Origin: Eledone cirrhosa
Lineage: Eukaryota
Direction of reading: 5' to 3'
NCBI GenBank assembly: GCA_964016885.1
Contig: OZ024741.1
Location: forward strand, 411,618,001 to 411,682,000
Length of the DNA: 64,000 bases
Every line of letters starts with the position of its first letter. The stretch's first letter is position 1. Shown here piece after piece: positions 57,201 to 64,000 of the stretch. Position numbers and translations under genes: made by a program. The notes below the pieces were generated by a model. That model was not told where the DNA came from, made no database searches, and worked only from the letters and a program-made list of their open reading frames with translations.

Positions 57201-58305
57201 TGTGACAGTGCAGTGTAGTGTGGTGTAGTGGTGTGACAGTGCAGTGTAGTGTGGTGTGGTGTGACAGTGCAGTGTAGTATGGTGTAGTGGTGTGACAGTG
57301 CAGTGTAGTGTGGTGTAGTGGTGTGACAGTGCAGTGTAGTGTAGTGGTGTGACAGTGTAGTGTGGTGTGACAGTGCAGTTTGGTGTAATGGTGTGACAGT
57401 GTAGTGTGGTGTGCCAGTGCAGTGTGGTGTAGTGGTGTGCCAGTGCAGTGTGGTGTAGTGGTGTGACAGTGTAGTGTAGTGTGGTGTGACAGTGCAGTTT
57501 GGTGTAGTGGTGTGCCAGTGCAGTGTGGTGTAGTGGTGTGCCAGTGCAGTGTGGTGTAGTGGTGTGACAGTGCAGTGTGATGTAGTGTAGTGTGGTGTAG
57601 TGGTGTGACAGTGTAGTGTAGTGTGGTGTAGTGGTGTGACAGTGCAGTGTGGTGTAGTGTAGTGGTGTGACAGTGCAGTGTGATGTAGTGTAGTGTGGTG
57701 TAGTGGTGTGACAGTGCAGTGTGGTGTAGTGTAGTGGTGTGACAGTGCAGTGTGATGTAGTGTAGTGGTGTGACAGTGCAGTGTAGTGTGGTGTAGTGGT
57801 GTGACAGTGCAGTGTAGTGTGGTGTGACAGTGCAGTGTAGTGTGGTGTAGTGGTGTGACAGTGCAGCATGGTGTAATAGTGTGACAGTGCAGTGTAGTGT
57901 AGTGGTGTGACAGTGCAGTGTGGTGTAGTGTAGTGGTGTGACAGTGCAGTGTGATGTAGTGTAGTGGTGTGACAGTGCAGTGTGATGTAGTGTAGTGGTG
58001 TGACAGTGCAGTGTAGTGTGGTGTGACAGTGCAGTGTAGTGTGGTGTAGTGGTGTGACAGTGCAGCATGGTGTAATAGTGTGACAGTGCAGTGTAGTGTA
58101 GTGGTGTGACAGTGTAGTGTGGTGTGACAGTGCAGTGTAGTGCAGTGTGATGCTGATAGTAGTGATAATGATGATATGATGGAATCCTCCTTACCTGATC
58201 CTTCATCTCCAATCAAATGTCCCCATCCTCCACAACGATGTAGAGAGCCATCAGAATTGATCAGTTGACAGTTGGAACCAGTCCCAGCAATCAGAACAAC
58301 TCCAC
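43980..58305 (-). CDS. NAGK: N-acetyl-D-glucosamine kinase, last six coding exons (5' exons outside window)
   Basis: Exons 58305-58195, 56072-55960, 54405-54318, 46069-45972, 45575-45497, 44158-43980. GT-AG sites with compatible phases join into [67 protein letters not shown], typical NAGK (BadF/BadG/BcrA/BcrD family) motifs. Confidence 0.95.
44975..45180 (+). mobile_element. Diverged RTE 5'-UTR-type fragment
   Basis: TGGCAACCCCACC..TTGGTGAGGAG..TTTGGACA..AAAAACAAAAC.TGTCAAA..GAGTCAATGG parallels 25633-25740; GGAGAAGGA..CTGATTT at ~45150. Confidence 0.6.
45497..45575 (-). CDS. NAGK: NAGK exon ([26 protein letters not shown]), 79 nt
   Basis: tccag|CAA...GAAG|gtaaac. Confidence 0.93.
45972..46069 (-). 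CDS. NAGK: NAGK exon ([13 protein letters not shown]...KINE), 98 nt
   Basis: ttcag|GG...GAG|gtatgt. Confidence 0.9.
46372..48188 (+). mobile_element. Decayed RTE-clade LINE, copy A (RT; 3' tail missing)
   Basis: [52 protein letters not shown]; multiple frameshifts. Confidence 0.92.
48266..48333 (+). ncRNA. Type-I hammerhead ribozyme motif
   Basis: ctctgt-CUGAUGA-cc gatcc ggac..gtct g ggatc ca-GAAA-cc tct gg-UA-atagag. Stem I 6 bp; base of stem II is mismatched. Confidence 0.72.
48448..50098 (-). mobile_element. Decayed RTE-clade LINE, copy B (5'-truncated, intact 3' tail ending in (GAT)n)
   Basis: ORF fragments closely match copy A ([22 protein letters not shown]); tail shared with local SINEs. 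Confidence 0.92.
50099..54232 (+). mobile_element. Penelope-like retroelement (RT + C-terminal GIY-YIG), disrupted, with long 3' UTR ending at (TA)n
   Basis: [49 protein letters not shown], then CxxxxCxxC and LIY..CSGC..YIGQT..RMTVH. Frameshifts at ~50720 and ~52480, in-frame TAA at 52933, original end ..[10 protein letters not shown] at 53019. Confidence 0.92.
54318..54405 (-). CDS. NAGK: NAGK exon ([12 protein letters not shown]...EIVK), 88 nt
   Basis: ttcag|ATC...AAAG|gtaaat. Confidence 0.9.
55488..55931. repeat. 42-bp minisatellite, ~10.5 copies, with 4-unit higher-order pattern
   Basis: Unit TGGTAGACATTACTGTCAGAAACTCCGGTCTCACCTCCTCCA; the variant ACACCTGTCTCAA recurs 168 bp apart. Confidence 0.95.
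55960..56072 (-). CDS. NAGK: NAGK exon (AYWISLLA...RHFK), 113 nt
   Basis: tacag|CC...AAG|gtaagt. Confidence 0.93.
56091..58180. repeat. GTG/GTA repeat grading into a pentamer-based (AGTGT/GGTGT/GACAGTGC) satellite that fills a NAGK intron
   Basis: Seen directly. Confidence 0.95.
58195..58305 (-). CDS. NAGK: NAGK exon ([12 protein letters not shown]...GDEGS), 111 nt
   Basis: aatag|GT...TCAG|gtaagg. Confidence 0.95.
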
Positions 58306-58421
58306 CTATTAAAACATATACAAGCTTTATTTATAAGGCTAGCTTCATTCCTTGGTTTATATATATATATATATATATAGGCTAGCTTCGTTCTTTGGTT
58401 TATATATATATATATATATAT

Positions 58422-58770
58422 GGAGGCCCATGGCTTAGTGGTTAGAGCATTGGCCTTGCAATCAAAAGGTTGTGAGTTCAATTCTGAGACCAGGTGATGT
58501 GTTGTTTCCTTGAGCAAGACACTTTATTTCACATTGCTCCAGTTTACTCAGCTGTAGAAATGAGATGATAGGGACTGGCGTCCCTATCATTCCACTGCAA
58601 AGTGGTCGTGGAGGTGCCACGGCAAAAAAGTACCCAGCACTCACTGTAAATGAGGTTGGTGTTAGGAAGGGCATCCAGCTGTAGAAATCAAGCCAGAATC
58701 AGTTCCCGTCCCACCCTTGCAAGCAGGGAAAAAGCGGACGTAAAATGAAATGATGATGATGAAATGATGA
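58422..58770 (+). mobile_element. tRNA-derived SINE with RTE-type tail
   Basis: A box TGGCTTAGTGG, B box GAGTTCAATTC, tail GGTGTTAGGAAGGGCATCCAGCTGTAGAAA...(GAT)n; inserted in a TA run. Confidence 0.85.
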
Positions 58771-58815
58771 TATAGGCTAGCTTCATTCCTTGGTTTATAT
58801 ATATAGGCTAGCTTC

Positions 58816-59773
58816 TGTGAAAATACAATAGTATATATTGAGTAATGTAAATGTTATGTGAGATATTATGTGAGGTAAAGCCTTTACTGTGAAAATACAA
58901 TAGTATATATAGAGTAATGTAAATGTTATGAGATATTATGTGAGGTAAAGCCTTTACTGTGAAAATACAATAGTATATATAGAGTTATGTAAATGTTATG
59001 TGAGATATTATGTGAGGTGAAGCCTTTACTGTGAAAATACAATAGTGTATATAGAGTACTGTAAATGTTATGTGAGATATTATGTGAGGTAAAGTCTTTA
59101 CTGTGAAAATACAATAGTATATATAGAGTAATGTAAATGTTATGTGAGATATTATGTGAGGTAAAGCCTTTACTGTGACAATACAATAGTATATATAGAG
59201 TAATGTGAATGTTATGTGAGATATTATGTGAGATAAAGCCTTAACTGTGAAAATATAATAGTATATATAGAGTAATGTAAATGTTATGTGAGATATTATG
59301 TGAGGTAAAGTCTTTACTGTGAAAATACAATAGTATATATAGAGTAATGTAAATGTTATGTGAGATATTATGTGAGGTAAAGCCTTTACTGTGACAATAC
59401 AATAGTATATATAGAGTAATGTGAATGTTATGTGAGATATTATGTGAGATAAAGCCTTAACTGTGAAAATATAATAGTATATATAGAGTAATGTAAATGT
59501 TATGTGAGATATTATGTGAGGTAAAACCTTTACTGTGAAAATACAATAGTATATATAGAGTAATGTAAATGTTATGTGAGATATTATGTGAGGTAAAACC
59601 GTTACTGTGAAAATACAATAGTATATATAGAGTAATGTAAATGTTATGTGAGATATTATGTGAGGTAAAACCTTTACTGTGAAAATACAATAGTATATAT
59701 AGAGTAATGTAAATGTTATGTGAGATATGTGAGGTAAAGCCTTTACTGTGAAAATACAATAGTATATATAGAG
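58816..59773. repeat. 72-bp AT-rich minisatellite, ~13 copies
   Basis: Unit starts CTGTGAAAATACAATAG (e.g. 59101 and 59173). Confidence 0.96.
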
Positions 59774-59776
59774 TGG

Positions 59777-62700
59777 TTTCTTTATTTGCCACTAGGGCAC
59801 AAAAGGTAGGGACAGATACAAGGGGGGAAGTTTACATATAATTAACGAGTACAAAAATATAACAATGAAATAACAACAACAAACGAAGTCCTCAATAGGG
59901 AGGGGGCATTAACATGGGTCGCACACACCCCGGAAAAAATGTGCAACCCTTCTCCTCAGGAGCACAAAGAGTAGGTGCTTCCCTCGTCTCCTCTTTTTCC
60001 TCTTCTTTCACCTACAGGCTGATATAGAGAGAAGACCCATTCACTCTGGCCATTCTCCCTACTTTCACCCACCTTTCATAAAACTTGCTGGGGTAGAGCA
60101 CCTCTCTCTCCATTCTGATCCTTCTTTTAAAATGGTATTTGAAAAAGGGGACCAGTTGTTGGCCGGAGAGAAAGGTGTCTGACCTCAGCCCTTTCAGCCT
60201 CGTCCACCATACAACTTCTTTAGCCATGGCTATCACACAGAGAAAAACCGCCTCTCCTTCGTTTTTGAAAGGGGGAGGCGGTTTGATCGTGACAATGGAC
60301 TCGGTGGTCAACCGGATTGGTCCCACCCTCGACAGTAGTCGTTCCACATAGCCCCACAGGTCAGCAATGCCTGGGCAGTGTACGAATGCGTGCGCAACGG
60401 TTTCGTCATCATGCACGCATCTCGGACAGATCTTATTCAAAGGATCTCTACCCAGGCTCCCATGCCTGTGGAGCTTGTCTCGAACGGGTAGAGCCCCTCG
60501 GTAGCACTGCCAAGCCAGGGACTTTTGGAAGTTGTCCATCGGTCCAGGGCCAAACGTCCTACCGAACAGACTGGCCAGTTCATCTTCCTCCATGCCTAGA
60601 GCTTCTCCGAGAGCATCGTCGCACCTGCTGCGTACCAACCCTCTATAGAATGTCGAGGTGGAGTCCCCACTGATTGCCGGGTCCGCTTTCCAGAGGGCCG
60701 TGAGCGCATGGGCACATTCAATGTGCCAGTTGCCCACTTTTCTCGGTCTTTGCTTGACCCAGGATTGCAGCTCGGTGAGCGAGACGAGTCTGGGAAAGGC
60801 TCGCCTCACAAACGGGGCCCACACCGGTTGACCGGTGAGGAATACCTGGAGGTGCCGTAGCCTTAATGCGTGTTTACGCATCTGTAGCCACGGCATCCCC
60901 AGCCCTCCTTTCGAAGGGTGTTGACAGCAGATGGATCTCCTCACCAAAGGGGTCCGCTTGTTCCAAAGAAATTGGAACAGCGCGCACTCCATTTTGGCGA
61001 GTCTTTTCACTGGGCAAGGCACGACGGTCAAGCGGTAGTAGATGACGGATGCTATATAAGTATTCGCCACCTCCGCTCGACCTTTCAGGGATAGTTTGCA
61101 CTGGGCCCACTTCTGGGTGAGTGCAAACACCCTGGCCGTTACCTCATTCCAGTTTTTCTCCACCTGGAGGTCTGGTCCGAACCAGACCCCAAGCAGCTTC
61201 ACCGGGCCCTCCGTCCAGCGTCCGACGACGTCGTTGGAGGGCATCGGTTTGCCTCTCCATGTTCCGAGTTGCAAACCGACGGACTTGTCCTGGTTCAGCT
61301 TGGCTCCTGTAAACCTTTCATATTCCTCCAGTAAGGTGCCGATCTCACCGATTTGTGAGGTTTTCGACACCATTACTGTCACGTCATCGGCGTAGGCCGA
61401 CGCCGCTTTCTGCAATCCCGGTTCCAAAGGGATGCCCTGCAACCACTCCAACTTCCGCAGTAGTGGCTCAAGAGCCAGCACATACAGTAGGGAGGAGAGA
61501 GGGCATCCCTGTCGGATGGATCGCATGATTTGGAACGGCTCCGAGAGGTGGCCGTTCACCTTGACCCTTGAGCAGACGTTGCTGCTGTGCATCGCAGCAA
61601 TCCAACCCCTGAAAACGGGTCCGAAGCCTGCCGCCGCGAGCACCGCATCCAGGTAACGATGGTCAACCCTATCGAAAGCTTTAGATTGATCCAAGTTGAT
61701 CAGGGCCCCACCAAAGCCAGGTTCATTCCCTACCCTCTCTATGATGTATCGCATAAGGTGGAGATTGTCGTGAATGGACCTGGACGGGATTGCGCATGTC
61801 TGCGCTTCTCCCAACAGGTTTCCAACGACAAGCGCCAACCTCTTCGCTAACACCTTGGCCAAAATCTTTAACTCTGTATTTAGCAGAGTTATGGGCCTGA
61901 AGTTACTTATGTCATCCCCCTTGTTCTCATCCTTCCTCACCAGCGTAACCACGCCCTTGGTCACAGAACTGGGAATTCTCCCGTTCTGCTGCCAGTTGCA
62001 GTAGACCGCTTCGAGGATATCAGAGAACAAGTCCGGCATTGCTACATATAGCTCGTATGGTAGACCATCGAGACCCGGGGATTTGCGTTTGCCGCATTGG
62101 CTCAGTGCCACCCCTATCTCAGCAGCTGAAATCGTCCTTTCGCAGGACTTCGCCTCCGCATCCGAGAGGCGCGGCAGACCGTCGAGGTATGGATTGAAAT
62201 CCATAGTCTCACCCGGCGCGCCGCCCCTCTCGAACAGTCGTGCAAAGTGCCGCTGAAAGGCCGCACACATCTGCCCAGGTTCAAGGATCACACGCCCATC
62301 CTGGTCCTTCAAAGACCGAATCGTGGACTTGTTCCCACTTTTTGCCTCTGTCACTCGGGCCCAGCTCACAGCTTTGGCTCCCTCATTACCCAGAGCACGT
62401 ATTTTACTCCTGACAACGCAGCCTTCATGCTTCACCTCAAAGAACTGGTCTAAGGCCATTCTTGATGCCAGCACGCCGGCTACATTGCCACTCCTACTCT
62501 ATCTACTAATTCCCTTTCCGTCTTGTTCCTATCCTTTGCTAATTCCTGACTAAAACCTATCGATTCTATTCTAATTGCTCTCTTAAGAGAGCTCCACCAC
62601 CTGTTGTTGACAATTGCCCCTGTCAAACTCTGCTTAACTAACGTGCTAATCCGTTTACTGTAAGCTTTGCTTCTCGGTAAGGACAAGTTCAGCTTCCAGT

Positions 62701-64000
62701 AACCGGGTCCCTGTCTATGGGTTCTATCAAGGTTGGCTATGCAGGTCACTAACTTGTGATCCGAATAGTCAACCATGAACATTTTTGGACAGCTAAATGT
62801 GTCCCTATCCTTCTCTCTAACTAGGACCCTATCTAGGTACGACCTAGATGTTCCGCTGCGATTGGTCCACGTCCATAGTGGTACAGTCGGAAAATCTAGT
62901 CGATATCTATCGGCCAGGTCAAATCAGCCGATTAACCTTTTGAGGCTTTTACACCCCCCTCTATTGGCACATGCCTCTACATAGTCCCAACGTGCATCCA
63001 GGATACCATTCCAGTCCCCCACTAAAAGCAAGGAGCGGGACGTTCCCAGAAAAGTTTCCAGACGTTGGAAGTATTCCGGCCGCGCTGCCCAAAAAGGGGC
63101 GTACACAGCTATTAGTCTAAGGGCTCCACTTTCACTACTGCCGACGTCTAAAACCTTCAGTCGACCCTCCGGGTCCAGGTGCACCTTCTGTATGGCGAGG
63201 TCCAGGTGTTTTCGCAGCAGAACGACAACTCCACCCCCCGGTTGACAGAGAGATGCGAAGATCTCAAAGTCGTCGAAGAGGGGCGCCAGTTGGTGCTCGC
63301 TGCTGATCCTGGACTCACAAATAGCCATTACATCCATTCTATGCGACCTGAGATCGTTTAAAAGTTTGCCTTGTTTCCAAGACAGTCCCAGGCTGCGTAC
63401 ATTCAGACACCCAACTCTTATATCAGCCATGTTGGTTAAAAGAGGAAGGACCTACCTGTTCGGCTCCTGAGGAGCAGGTTGCACAATATCCATGGGCGTA
63501 TTGGAGGGGTTGTTTGGTGGGGTGTTGTTCTGTGGTGGAGTGGGGGTGTTTGGTGAGGTGTGAGTGGGGAAACGTTTCAAGAGGACGCGGTTATAGGGTC
63601 GAGTACATGTTTTCCCCACGTCCTCAGGAAAGTTCTCTCTTAGTTTTGCATAGGTGTCCATTGGGAGTCTTATCATTTTTAAATGCGGTTTGTTGACCGC
63701 GCTTGCAAAGAATTGCCCTTCAGTTTCCACCGAAGGGTCTTTGTGTATTGTTTTTACTAGTTCTTTGTTATTTGTGTTAATGTATGTATACTGTTTTATT
63801 TGTGTTGCGTTTGTTTGTTGTTCTTGTGTGTGCTTACGTTTTGTTGTATGTGTTATGTTTTGGGGTGGGGCGGATTTTGTTTGTTCTGTTTGTTTTGTTT
63901 TTGTTGGTGGTTGTGTGTTTGTTTCGTTTATGTTCGAGTGGTGCTTTCTTTTTTTCCTTTTTACAGGTTGGAAGGGTTCCCCCTCTTCGTCACTAGGTGC
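59777..64000 (-). mobile_element. Tx1/L1-clade LINE: ORF1 3' part, ORF2 (APE + RT + CCHC), 3' UTR with AATAAA; runs off the window
   Basis: ORF2 63430-60012: LNVRSL, GDWNG, SYLDRV, SDHK, GYWKLN, SPGLDG, QGCPLS, YADD, CPRC..ETVAH..C. One nonsense codon (62924) and one frameshift (~62500). Confidence 0.93.

Noticed and set aside
55457-58216. [13 protein letters not shown] and HYTTLHC repeat ORFs
   Set aside because: Intronic tandem repeats open in several frames; only the embedded NAGK exons are real, and read-through past the 55960 donor hits TGA within six codons.
58422-58490. tRNA-like sequence (also at 39501)
   Set aside because: SINE heads with A and B boxes but no complete cloverleaf, followed by SINE body and tail.

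Overview
Repeat-dominated animal genomic DNA, most likely cephalopod/Octopus-like (inferred from the SINE and RTE tail families, the long (TA)n arrays and the intron style). 1-16638 is a 25/28-bp C-rich satellite, followed by a 200-N gap. About 10 kb of (TA)n/(TATG)n follows, studded with retroelement pieces, then a decayed CR1-type LINE, a 4.7-kb minisatellite and a complete non-autonomous Helitron. Two spliced genes lie tail-to-tail: a 6-coding-exon TNIP2/ABIN-2-like gene (+, 38690-43438, ~377 aa) and the last six exons of NAGK (-, 58305-43980; 5' exons lie beyond the window). NAGK introns hold an inverted pair of RTE LINEs, a Penelope-like element (RT + GIY-YIG), a Tx1/L1-type LINE, SINEs and minisatellites. 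The main finding, folded by eye and not visible in the ORF track, is a set of candidate self-cleaving RNAs. There are three type-I hammerhead motifs (16942-16999 -, 30282-30342 -, 48266-48333 +), each in a non-coding segment ending at a (TA) run. There is also a degenerate fourth hammerhead in the Penelope 3' end and an HDV-like candidate at the 5' end of a short RTE-derived element. Most long ORFs in the track are repeat artefacts.
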